Shown here one piece after another: positions 25,861 to 38,060 of a stretch of DNA of 64,000 bases (within the stretch, counting starts at the first letter, position 1; every line of letters starts with the position of its first letter). Made by a program: the position numbers and the translations under genes. The notes beneath the pieces are model-generated. The model ran no database searches, had not been told where the DNA came from, and saw nothing but the letters and a program-made list of their open reading frames with translations. The stretch is from NCBI RefSeq assembly GCF_001194135.2, contig NC_068983.1, forward strand, positions 141,867,898-141,931,897. Direction: 5' to 3'. Origin of the DNA: Octopus bimaculoides (Eukaryota).

Positions 25861-26224
25861 ATGTCAACGCATCTATTTCTAGTTAGCTTTTTTATGTTCT
25901 CTGCATTGTGTTAACATTATCTTAAAAGTAAGTATAGTTTTCTCATACGGATGTTACCTTTGGATGATTTATTCCCTAACGATGTTTTCCTACGTCAACC
26001 AATGACCAGCCTTCAAAATTCGTTCATTACTACTTCGTTTAGCACAATAACGACTGTCTTTCAACGAAGAGGTCTGAATAACACCAAAAGATTCCTGGAA
26101 TTCTTTCCCATATTTGCTGGGAAAAAATTAAATTAATGTTAATTCTCTGACTATTTTTTTCCCCTGCATTTTTATTTCTAATTAGCATTTAAACACTTTA
26201 TGCATTAAATATATTACTTTGATA

Positions 26225-26492
26225 TGTTGTTGGCACTCCGTCGCTTACGACGTCGAGGGTTCCAGTTGATCCGATCAACGGAACAGCCTGCTCGTGAAAT
26301 TAACGTGCAAGTGGCTGAGCACTCCACCGACACGTGTACCCTTAACGTAGTTCTCGAGGATATTCAGCGTGACAAGGCTGACCCTTTGAATTACAGGCAC
26401 AACAGAAACAGGAAGTAAGAGTGAGAGAAAGTTGTGGTGGAAGAGTACAGCAGGGTTCGCCACCATCCCCTGCCGGAGCCTTGTGGAGCTTT
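26225..26492 (-). mobile_element. SINE family B, head lost in the N gap
   Basis: Near-identical to 44807-45190. Confidence 0.9.
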
Positions 26493-27104
26493 NNNNNNNN
26501 NNNNNNNNNNNNNNNNNNNNNNNNNNNNNNNNNNNNNNNNNNNNNNNNNNNNNNNNNNNNNNNNNNNNNNNNNNNNNNNNNNNNNNNNNNNNNNNNNNNN
26601 NNNNNNNNNNNNNNNNNNNNNNNNNNNNNNNNNNNNNNNNNNNNNNNNNNNNNNNNNNNNNNNNNNNNNNNNNNNNNNNNNNNNNNNNNNNNNNNNNNNN
26701 NNNNNNNNNNNNNNNNNNNNNNNNNNNNNNNNNNNNNNNNNNNNNNNNNNNNNNNNNNNNNNNNNNNNNNNNNNNNNNNNNNNNNNNNNNNNNNNNNNNN
26801 NNNNNNNNNNNNNNNNNNNNNNNNNNNNNNNNNNNNNNNNNNNNNNNNNNNNNNNNNNNNNNNNNNNNNNNNNNNNNNNNNNNNNNNNNNNNNNNNNNNN
26901 NNNNNNNNNNNNNNNNNNNNNNNNNNNNNNNNNNNNNNNNNNNNNNNNNNNNNNNNNNNNNNNNNNNNNNNNNNNNNNNNNNNNNNNNNNNNNNNNNNNN
27001 NNNNNNNNNNNNNNNNNNNNNNNNNNNNNNNNNNNNNNNNNNNNNNNNNNNNNNNNNNNNNNNNNNNNNNNNNNNNNNNNNNNNNNNNNNNNNNNNNNNN
27101 NNNN
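26493..27104. other. Assembly gap (others: 1585-1883, 4435-4715, 8355-8816, 17210-17770, 21809-21902, 25205-25571, 33524-33537, 54358-54519)
   Basis: N runs, mostly abutting microsatellites or SINEs. Small exons could be hidden in them. Confidence 0.99.
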
Positions 27105-27137
<33 letters not shown>

Positions 27138-27890
27138 TGTTCGTATTTTCCCTAACTTGAAAGTTTCAGCTTGAAACACCAATTAAATAGTCGTTGTTTG
27201 CGGGTGATTTCATTGCAAGAGCCATAGAGCCATGACTAATTTGCATATCATTTGATACTTAATCGATAGCCAAAAGAACGTTGTTACGAACTCGTTCAAT
27301 GCTGTAATCGGCACAGAACGTGGTTTGATCTTTGGTTCCATCTTGATGGATGATACTTGCACGACTGTTTTTGAAATTTCCAATCCTTTCGTTGACCGTT
27401 CTTTGCGGGAGAAAAAAAAAGCTTTTCCCATCCTGTGCTGAAAATCTTCGATGAATTTCGGCTCGGGATTACACCCTTGTTCTACAGAAAACAGGTCACA
27501 GAAAAAGGTCCTTTCTTAGAGCCAACATATTCAAATTGATACCTTCACGGTATGACTAGAGAAGGCCCACGTCTAATGATGCATATGCAACTAATTTACT
27601 CATTAAGAGATAAAAGGCACTGTGGTTAAGTTGACTTAATGTTCTAAACACACACTGTTGTTTTCGTAATATTGTTTCAAGAGTGATAATTGACTGTTTA
27701 TCAACACAACTAATTTATGCTGTATTAATTAATGAGATTTTTTTTTTATCATATGCAGGTGTTTCAATAGATACAGCTGATATTTTTGCGATTGTTAGCA
27801 CCACTGAGGTTAAAGTTAAATATTCATTTATAGGTATTAATTATAAGCGACGGGAGCAATATTAATACCAAAACGTAACGCTGCATTACT

Positions 27891-27947
27891 GGAATTCCCA
27901 TATCACATGAGGTCACATAGACTGAAATCATGTGATATGGGAATTCC
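27891..27947. repeat. Perfect 20-bp inverted repeat with 17-nt spacer
   Basis: ggaattcccatatcacatga (27891-27910) / tcatgtgatatgggaattcc (27928-27947). Confidence 0.95.
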
Positions 27948-29795
27948 GGCGCCCACAACAGACGTTTCTCGTCTTCTACGATTTATACTTGTGCTATAAG
28001 AAAGACTAATAACGCACCAACCACCTATAAGAGAGACTAATAACGCAGTATTCGGTATTCTGTCAAGGCATCCATGTTAAGTTGTATTTATAAGTATGTA
28101 TAGTACCTTGCTATATATCAAAATACAGTGTACCATGTTTAATTTAATAGCTCAAACATCTAAGGTGAAGAATATCAGCTCTGGATAAGTATTCCTTTGT
28201 TAAATGGTTAATATCCATTGTGGTGTATTCCATGAAGTCTACATCTAGCAAATAGTGAAAAATGATACAGCAGGTTTAAGAAATGTAAGCATCCATTTTA
28301 ACTCGGCACAGTATTTTCGGTTAATAATGTTAGGTATCTATTAACGCTTCATTTTCTTGATAACTGAACATTCTTGTCATGAACGGCTGGCCCCCATATA
28401 CAACAACAACAGAAAATTTCTTGGCGGTCGTTCTACCTTCTAGAAATATAGCTAATCTCGCTAACAAAAAACACATTACAGTATATATTCCTAGATGCAT
28501 TATACCTGAGAAAAAATAAGCAGGAATATTCTAATAGGAAAGCCTTTGATCATAGGTGTGTGAAACCACTAACAGATTTTTGCTATACATTCTATATAAA
28601 CAATAAGATGGCCGCAGGTTTTTCTAGAAAGAAAAAAGTTTCAATTCCCATGTACTCGCTCGATCGAATCGACAGAAATCTTGTCCCCTTCTACTAAAAG
28701 ACTGAGTCTTAGGAAGTTACGATGGTTACCATGCCTAAATGAAGAAGAGAAATAGACTCGTGATTTATTTTCTTAACCTATTCAAACTAGCGTATAAGTA
28801 ATCAGCGACTAGTAGTAAAATTATGGAGATAATACAAAGAAATTGTAACATAGAACATACACAGGTTTTGATTTGCTAAAAGAAAGCAAAAATATAAAGG
28901 GCTTCAGCATATGACTGCATATTTAACATATTCGATACTGTCTTCAGCGATAGATGACATTTTATTAATTCTCAAAACGCTTGTCTTTCTGTTCGCTCAT
29001 TCAGCAAACACATCTTCAAATGGAATGAGTGCAAATCCCTGTTTACGTAATATCTATTCCATTTATTTATACAAAAACTAATGCAGTTTGCAAATGGTTT
29101 TCTTGCTCTCGGCTAATAACAATTGATCTATATATATAAAAAGAAAAAGAAAATAAGAAAAATAAAGCAAATTCTAAACTGAACTTTACAGAGTACAATA
29201 GTTCCATTTATAATATAAACTTTAAAATTACTATCCATCACCAAAAATAGTTGTGGGAATCTTTCATTCGTGTTTTGGCATCTGAAAACAGACAATGTGA
29301 TGGGTGTTATGAGATAAGGTCTGGATAGAAATCGTCATTGAAAGTTATTGAACATAACCTACTAAAACAACATTACATTGAATGTTGTCTTGTGTATGTA
29401 TTTGTGTATGGCTAGGAGCTGCAATGGACGTCATAGATAAGTGATTCTCTAACAGTGCGAGAACTGATGCGTCGCAATGGGTGTCTAGGTGCGCCCCGAA
29501 TTTTTATAAATATGTAATCCATGCTAACGCTTGAGCGTGTTGGAAAACGTGTTATTCATAATTTTGTTGTAGTCAAATTTAGTCAATGTAACAAGATATG
29601 CAATAGTTTTGGTTTTCTATGTACTTTTTCTAAATTTTTAACTTTATAAAATATTTTTTAACCACCATGCGAAGTGTGCCAGCAATTTTTATTTTATGTG
29701 TGTATGTGTGTGTGCATGAATATATAAATACACATACATACGCACTCACATAAACACATACACACATATGTACAAACACACACACTCGTATGCAT

Positions 29796-29829
<34 letters not shown>

Positions 29830-30370
29830 GCGATAATCTTTTGACCAAGCACGAATAAGATGTAGCACAAAACAAAAGAACAGACTAAGATCTCGTATCG
29901 TTGGAATCAAGGACGAGAATGAAAGAGCATCTGTCTGCAATGAAATCTTCAATCGAAAAGACAAACTGAGAGGAAGAATTATGGGATTGACTCACAGTGG
30001 AGGTGGTAATGTGTGAAGGAATTGTGGACGAGAGAAAGCGGGGAGAAAGCGTGGAAAGATCAGGTAAAGAACCAAGAGAAGTATGTAAAGGAGCATCGAG
30101 GGTGTTGGGGAGAAAATGATAGGGAGAACAAGATAGAAATAGTAAATGGCAATGAAGAAAGGACGAGATGCTAAGAATACAAGGAAGAGTATTTGCGTGT
30201 TAAAGATAACCATAACGCTAATAGTTGCATTTTACAGATTTAATGCTTTGGCAAAGAAACGCCGCGTTCGCTAATTCAATATGAATGAGCTATTGAATTA
30301 GCGTAGGTGGAGTTTGTTTTCTAAAACATTACATCTGTAAAATACATACATACATACATACATACATACA

Positions 30371-30711
30371 TGAGGAGACCCCCTTCGGTCATGAATGACC
30401 ATGGGATTGCACCAAGAAAGTTACCCTCCGAGGCACAAGTCCGGGCAAAGTTGTTTATGGAAGACCAGCGGTCGCCCATGGATACCAGCCTCCCCTCTCG
30501 AAGCCACCGATGTTATCCAAGGGAAAGGCAAAGGCCGATACAGCTTGGCACCAGTGACATCACAACTCATTTCTACAGCTCAGTTAAATGGAGCAACGTG
30601 AAATAAAGTGTCTTGCTCAAGAACACAACACGCAGCCCGGTCCGAGAATCGAACTCACAACCTCACGATCGTAAGCTCGGCGCTCTAACCACTGAGCCAT
30701 GCGCCTTCACA
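30371..30711 (-). mobile_element. SINE family C (tRNA-Arg(ACG)-like head plus CORE-like ttgagcaagacact domain), full length
   Basis: Head tgtgaaggcgcatggctcagtggttagagcg...gagttcgattctc, then tgtgttcttgagcaagacactttatttcacgttgctcc. Flanked on both sides by (TACA)n. Confidence 0.9.
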
Positions 30712-30985
30712 TTCATACATACATTCATACATACATAATCAGGGGTGTAGCTTTGTCATATATTGTGTCACGCTGATTTGGCCTGAGAATTGCGTTGAGT
30801 GTACATAGGTCTGTGGAATACTCAGCCACTTACATAACAATTTAATTCTTTCTTCAGTTGATAGAGCAAGCGATGAGGGAGCCATCATACGCGCGTGTGT
30901 GTGTGCGTGTACCAAATAGTATGCGTGTGTACGTTTTCGCGTGCAAGTGTTTGAGTATATGTGTTTCAGGAAGGAATTAAAGAAT

Positions 30986-31204
30986 ATTTCTACTCTAGGC
31001 ACAAGGCCCGAAATTTTTGGGTAGGAGGCCAGTCGATTAGATCGACTCCAGTATGCAACTGGTACTTAATTTATCGACCCCCGAAAGGATGAAAGGCAAA
31101 ATTGACCTCGACAGAATTTGAACTCAGATCGTGAAGACAGACGAAATACCGCTAAGCATTTCACCCGGCGTGCTAACGTTTCTGCCAGCTCGCCGCCTTG
31201 AAAC
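30986..31204 (-). mobile_element. SINE family A, full length with 12-bp TSD
   Basis: gaattaaagaat at 30974-30985 and 31205-31216. Confidence 0.9.
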
Positions 31205-32531
31205 GAATTAAAGAATGATTGATGCATGTTGTAGAGTGTATTTATATGTACGAAGCTGATGATTCACTCCGCTCCTATTCAGAGTTTCGCACTTGGCACC
31301 AAGTTTCAAGTGACAATCAAAATAGATGATGGAGTGATCGTCACTGGAAGTCACTGCACGATAGGTTTATATGTTATTTGCATTAGACAAACCAGGTAAA
31401 TGCAGTGTGATGGTTTGTGTGTCCAGGAGTATTTTAAGGTAGTGGATGGTAGCTCTTAGTTCTCCATGATCCTCGGGAAGGATACAATAAATGTTTACGT
31501 AATAGAACTTATGCGGATTTATTAGAAAGTAATTTTCCTATGGAGGCATAATATAGCGACTATTACGCCTGCTGTTATTAAAGTATAACGATGCACAAGT
31601 TGTAATTATGTATTCCGTTTGCGAATGGTTTAGCTTCTTTTTTGTTTGTTTGTTTTTTGTTTTTTTTTTGTTTTTTTGTAATACTCTATTTTATTGGGAT
31701 ATTTTCGATTTTTCCTCTTTAGAGTGGATGGTGACGTTGAGTTGATTCTGACAATAAATGTGAAGGAATGTATACCTTCTATGTATTGGTTTTAAGGCTT
31801 TTCTGTGTAAGCTCTGTGCGGCCATTTCATTAATATTTGCTGTTTTCTTCTTATATACAAACACTTTCAATAAGCATTTCCATAACGTGAAAATGTTGAT
31901 GCATTTCTACAGTTCCATTTAGACTGTTGGGATAGTATATGAATTCAAGTATTTTGTTACAGTGAGCTGGGAGTCAATATTATGTACGCAGCTGTAGCTA
32001 GTTTTTACGTTGATTTCGTTAAAGTATTTGTGGTACTTGTGCGCTGTGGCAGTGTTTGTTTATCAAGATGGACAGGGACTTTCTTTTTTATATTTGAAGT
32101 TATATTCATACACTATGGAGAATGAAAAATCATCTGGTATACCAGATGATGTTTCTCTTTTGCTTGTTTTCGTGTGGGCCGTTCGTTGCACATAAATTTT
32201 TCACTGAAGCCACTTCTTAATAATTCACCATTGTAATGGCGTGCGGCTTTGATGAAAACTTCTGTCAGATTATAGATTCTGTATTCTTCTGCTTCTTCTC
32301 TCTCTTGTTTTTATTTTATGATAGCAGAAGAACAGTTGGGGTCTTTGTTGTTTGTATTTTGGCTCTTCGTTTGGTTTTTCGGTAGGACTATAATTTGCCT
32401 GTGGTTAGGTCCAACATAAGTTAACTGTAAGCCTTACTGCTTCTACAAACTTGCCGCTCTGAGGATGATGGTAATGATGATGATGATGATGATGTGTGGG
32501 TGTATGTATGTGTGTGTGTGCATACGTGATT

Positions 32532-32565
<34 letters not shown>

Positions 32566-33182
32566 TTGTACTAAATAGAATTTTATATTATTTGATCGTG
32601 TTATCTTTCTCCTTATTTAATCATATTATGTTTCTCCGGTCTAGGTTCGGCTTTCAAATTCAGTTTGAGGTCAGATAAAATATGTATACACTGTAGATTA
32701 TCCAAACGAACCTTCTTTATAAAACATGTACTTATCCCTCTGTCTAATGTTAATTACGTTTATTTTCATGATAGGAAATTAAATGTTGACTGTGTGGCTT
32801 TGTCAGAGCAGGAAAGGTAGCATTTATAACCTTTGCAGTGCCTTTCCAAACTCGTGAAGGTAGAAATCGCGTTTCTTAGGTTGCTGAGGTGGCAAAACAA
32901 CAGTAATAAATAAATAATCGAACAACAGCAGTAAATAAGTAAATGCAAAGATGCCTGAGAAGTTTAAGTGAATAAGTGATGTATGTGTATATGTGTGTGT
33001 ATGAATGAATCTATGTATGGTTGTATATGTGAGTGTATATGCATGTATGTGTGTGTATATATATGTTTTGACAACGCCCAAACCTTCAAGTTAGCCAAGC
33101 ATTATTTCATAATTTGTTTTTTTATTCATTATTGTTGCTTTTGCATTCTACATCAAATTTCCAGATAAGATTTACCCTTAAC

Positions 33183-33249
<67 letters not shown>

Positions 33250-33320
33250 CCATCATCATCATCTTCTGCTACTGCTGCTTATCATCTTCATCCTCCTCAT
33301 CCTCCTCATCCTCATTCTTC
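33183..33320. repeat. (TTA)n followed by (CAT/CCT)n trinucleotide repeats
   Basis: Visible directly. Confidence 0.95.
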
Positions 33321-33848
33321 TTCCTACTGTATCTTTTCTTTCTCCTCCTGTTTCACTATTAAACTATTTACTGCACTCCAACGAAGACATCTACACCCTA
33401 CAACAATCTCCCACCACCACAAATCTCCTAGGGTTATCAACAATATATACAATTCAACAATTATTGCTGTTAAAAATGATTTAGCTTGAAATATTTTCGC
33501 CCAATTTTTTTTTTTTTTTTTTTNNNNNNNNNNNNNNTTTTTAAGAAAACTTGTTTCAAAGTTTCAAGAATGTTTTTCCTACAGAAAGTTATTTAAAATG
33601 TTTGAAGAAATATCGACTATCCAATGGAATGTATGGTCTTCTGTGTGTGTGTGTGTGTGCGTGTGCGTGTGTGTGTGTATGTGTGTGTTCTTTTAAGTGG
33701 TTTCAATGTATAGGGCTGCGACCATGCTGAAGCACTGCTTCAGTGTTCTTAGATTCCAATACAAGCCAAGAACATAATATATTGATCCGAGAGAGATAAA
33801 AAAAACAATGTTGACTACAATGTAATTATATAACCCTCAGTACTTAGG

Positions 33849-33995
33849 GTGAGGACACGCGGGCTATGGGTTAGACTGTTAGGCTCACGATCGTTAAGTT
33901 GGAGGTTCGATTTTCGAGACAAGTAATACGTTGTATCCTCCAGCAAAGCAATTCATTTCGCAGTGCTCCTGTCTACTCAACCAATAGAATAACTG
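33849..33995 (+). mobile_element. Decayed SINE family C
   Basis: ggctcacgatcg, ggttcgatt and agcaaagcaattcatttc match the family C head and core. Confidence 0.6.
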
Positions 33996-36900
33996 CAGCA
34001 GCTGGGGGTTTACTTTTAGGAGGACGTGTTGTATTGACTCTACAGGGATAAAAAACAAGATCGACTACGGTATATTTTTGAACGCTAAGACGGAATTAAA
34101 TTGCAAAAGGCATTCTACTAGTTTTGTCACTCCATCTGTTATGTTCCCCCTAAATATTACTTTGTTTAAAGGCAGCAACTTTAAATATTTCATTCGCTTA
34201 ATTAATTGTTAGTTGTTCTTGTTTTTGATGGATTTTAGTTCTCCCATCTGGTTTCTGCGAGGTCATCTGTGTGTGTTAGGCTAGGATTTTCAGAAAAACG
34301 AATCAACTTAGCTAATTCGCACATCACAAATACAATCTGTAAGTGGAACAGTAAAAATATGCAAGACTTTTTTCTCAATGTGAATTTGTTTTTGTTTTCT
34401 ACACTCCGACGACAGAGCTTCGTATTTTTGCTAGAAACCAGTTCCTTCCTCGGAGGAAGATTTCAAATGATTAAAAACGGAAGAGAACATACATACATAC
34501 ATGTTTGGTGTGTCTGTGTCGATTACAGATGCATGTAGAGGATGAAACTAATTAATGCAGAGGGTTTGAGGGTTGCGAAATATTAAGACAGCAACATGTA
34601 TGTACCTTTAGGAGGATTTTGCTGCTGTTTCTAGCAGTGTGAGCAGCTGCGTTTAGCTTTCGCTCACTGACTTAAATATTCCTAAATAGAGGATTGATGT
34701 GTTTTATCTTCATACTTGTAAGAGGATCGAAGTGCTTTACTGGCGCTGTTGCTTGGTGAATTATAAACCTACAATTTCTTCATTTTCCAGTTTTCGATTT
34801 GTTGTTAATGATTTTCATATATTTTTCAAGCCGGTAAAATTATTTTTGTATTTGTTACCACGATATTTGTCCATGTTGGTTTATATCAGTCAATTGATGT
34901 CAAGTGTTGGGTAGCATCAGTGTGCTGTTATCATGTTAGAGTGTACTATTGAGCTGCTGTCATTGTTAAGAATCATTTCCCCACTCAATATTGGGTAATA
35001 GCAATTATTGTAGGAAATGTCATTCTCTTTATTTATGATTTTAAAGTAGCTTCCTTTGTCAAACAGATTTTAGTACATTAAACAAATTCAGGACCACATA
35101 AAAATTTCCTATTCTGCTTGAAATGGATGTGTGTGTCTATGATGTAACATAGCTTAAGACAAAACCTGCCTCCTAGATTTTTAGCTCGTTCATATCATAA
35201 GCTGAAGGATTTTATCAGTTTTCCTGATACCTTTGAAATGCATGTACTACTGGAAAGAATTGCAAATGGTGGAGCATCAGCCTTGCGTTATATAGTTTCA
35301 TTCTTCTACGTTCTGAGCCCAAATTCAGTCAAAGTCAACGTTGGCTTGCATTCTATCAGAGTTGATTAAATAATTGGCCGTCATTTATTAAAGTCAATGG
35401 GTTCTATTTAGTATTTCAATCTACTATAAGAAGCTAAGAGAATCGACTTATTAATTGGAGGAGAAGGGCGTTACTTGTAGCCTTACATTTCTTCAAAGCT
35501 TCCGAGACTGGTGAGAGGAAGGAAGCAGGATTTCATCAAACCAGAGACCTGGTCCGAATTTTATCAATAGGATGTATTCTAACAAAAGTACTCAATCACC
35601 AGGTGGTGGCGTTAACCCGACGACGGGTTAATTCTACCACTCAAATTAAAAGTAAATCTATGTGACCATGCACCTGTATCTGAACATTGCAATTGTCTAT
35701 ATATGTGAATTTGAATGATGTTCAATAATAGCTAAACAAGAATGGAAGTGTACGTTAGATCGTTGTATGTATTTGAATATTCTTATGTTATACATTACAA
35801 TTTATTATATCTTTATAGGCGCCTGATCATGGCCAGAATTCGATGAATCAGTATGGTAATGGTACAAGTGACCAGGAAAGCAGTGGGAAAGTTCCGGGCG
35901 CTTTGTTAAACACCATGTTGAAGAACAAAGATCAAAAGCCATTTGCGTATATTCCTAGTGGAATCGACCTGAAAGAACTTGCAGAGAAAAGAAAGTAAGT
36001 GGGACTGATTATCTAATGCTATTGTTGAAATGTAATGTAGTAAGTACAATGGAAAACAAGATGTTGGTTTTACTGAAATGTTTCTCCATTGTGCCGGTGT
36101 TGCTGTTGTCATTCTTGATTCACGTTTGTTTTGATGTTATTGAAATTTCTTGTTCTTATTATTTTCTTTTTCTAACACTCTCTTCCCCCGCCACAACACC
36201 AATTAAAATAACTTCATTACGATAAGAAAGTCTGGCTCACAATATCTTAAAAAGATCATTGCAGTCTATGTGTTTATTTGTTTGTGTGCAAGTGGGTGTG
36301 TGTGTGTGTGCGTGTGAGTCTGTGTATGTGTGTCTATGTGTGTGTGGGTGTGCACGCGTACGTGCGTGTGTGTGTGTGTGTGCGCGCGTGCTTGTGTGTA
36401 CTTCTAGCTGTAGGCATGGGTGTATGTGAGTGTGTGTGCAAATATTTTAAAATCTGATAATATTTTGATAACTTATTTCTTTTGGTACTTCTATGGACGC
36501 TTTGCAGCATAGAGACAGTGATGATCATGATGATAATGATTGTTGTGGTGATGAGGATGTTGATCCCACTGTGAAGTGTTTTCTGCTAATTAGCACTCGG
36601 TGGTGAAGTATTTGATTTCATTTTTGCAATAGAGCATATTATAGGTTGTTGATAAGTGGAAATTAAACGTACTGTGCTATGCCCATCGATAAAACGTTTC
36701 AGTTTCATTGATTCAATCCATCTGGGTAGAAATTGGTGTAATGACTTAGTACATCTCAGATGAGAATCTACGTGTAATGGCTGGTGTACTTTACTTAGAG
36801 TTCAACACTATATTACACCATGCACAGGCGTGGTGTAATATAGTAAATGTCGTGTGAATGTCCTACTCAACAACCAGAAATTTCACGTCATCCACGAATT

Positions 36901-37884
36901 GACAAACGATCAATCTGTCAAAAGAAAACGACATGTAGTTAGTTGATTCGACCTTCACTAACACATGTATAAATCCTAGTAAGGTGAAAATAATAGTGGC
37001 TCCCAACAAGATTATGAACTCAGAAATTCAGGATTGACTTAATCGACTTAATTCTGGCAAATATTTAGTCAGTTTACAAGACCACCTTTACTTTTTGCAT
37101 TTCTGGAGTTGATAAAACAAGCATGAATACTTGTAGATTAGATTTAATCAACCATATAAAATCCAACCTTTATGAAATCCGCGAAAGAAGAAAATACCTT
37201 CCCCTCCAAAATCAAATTCTGTTAGCGATTACAGATACTATAATACGAAGGCAACACATTGATGAGTATCAAATTTCTATGTGTAAACAATATTTTCTAG
37301 TCGGGGAGCAACGGTGTGTTTTAGCGAGGAGTTCAGCGAACTATACGGATCATCTAACCGTTTTGGTTTGTACGTCGATGCTCTAACCACTTAACCAGCT
37401 GTAACTTCAGCCTTGCTGAAATTTCATCCCACTTTCTAAAAGCAAATTCTTTCAATGTTTACAAATGTTTCATTGTGATATTAATTTATCTATGAGTTTT
37501 CAATGCACCTCTACATGCATAAAATACTCTCTAAGAGTTGGTTTTGAATTTTTGTATATTATATTGTCATTGAAGTAAAATTTGTATTTACTAACTTAAT
37601 GTTAAATAAATATTTGAAGGAGTATATAAGTGTTATAGTGACGTTTAGTAGATTTAAGCTTCTATATCTTATTGTATCAAAAATATTTGTCAATATAATT
37701 GTGGTTATTTCCTAAACACTTCCTTATAAATTTTAGTGTGAAACAGTCTGTTCGTGTGAAAATGCACTTTATCAAAAAATCTTTCGTGGGAACTTTGTAA
37801 ATATTCCTGAAAAGGAAAACTATAAGCTTTAGGCGTTTACAACCAGAAATTAACAATCACTACAAGTCAACGAAGCAGCTTCAA

Positions 37885-38060
37885 CGCGATTGTCCGATCT
37901 GCTAAAAATAGCCACCAAATCTCTCAAATCACTATCATCCTTTAAAAAAAAATGGCAGACGTGTGTAATGTGATCTGAATTAAATTGTGTCTTATAAGAC
38001 GGGATGGTTACTGCTGGAATATCTTTGTTCGGTTATGGCTGACCTAGAGCTAAACAACAA
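37885..38060 (+). mobile_element. Family D copy in the opposite orientation, ending gacctagagctaaacaacaa
   Basis: Reverse-complement similarity to 7000-7230. Confidence 0.65.

Noticed and set aside
24200-30606. ORFs at 24200-24520, 26224-26466, 30370-30606 (also 2421-2612, 44881-45394, 54626-54814, 60606-60812)
   Set aside because: They lie within SINE copies and are incidental open frames.
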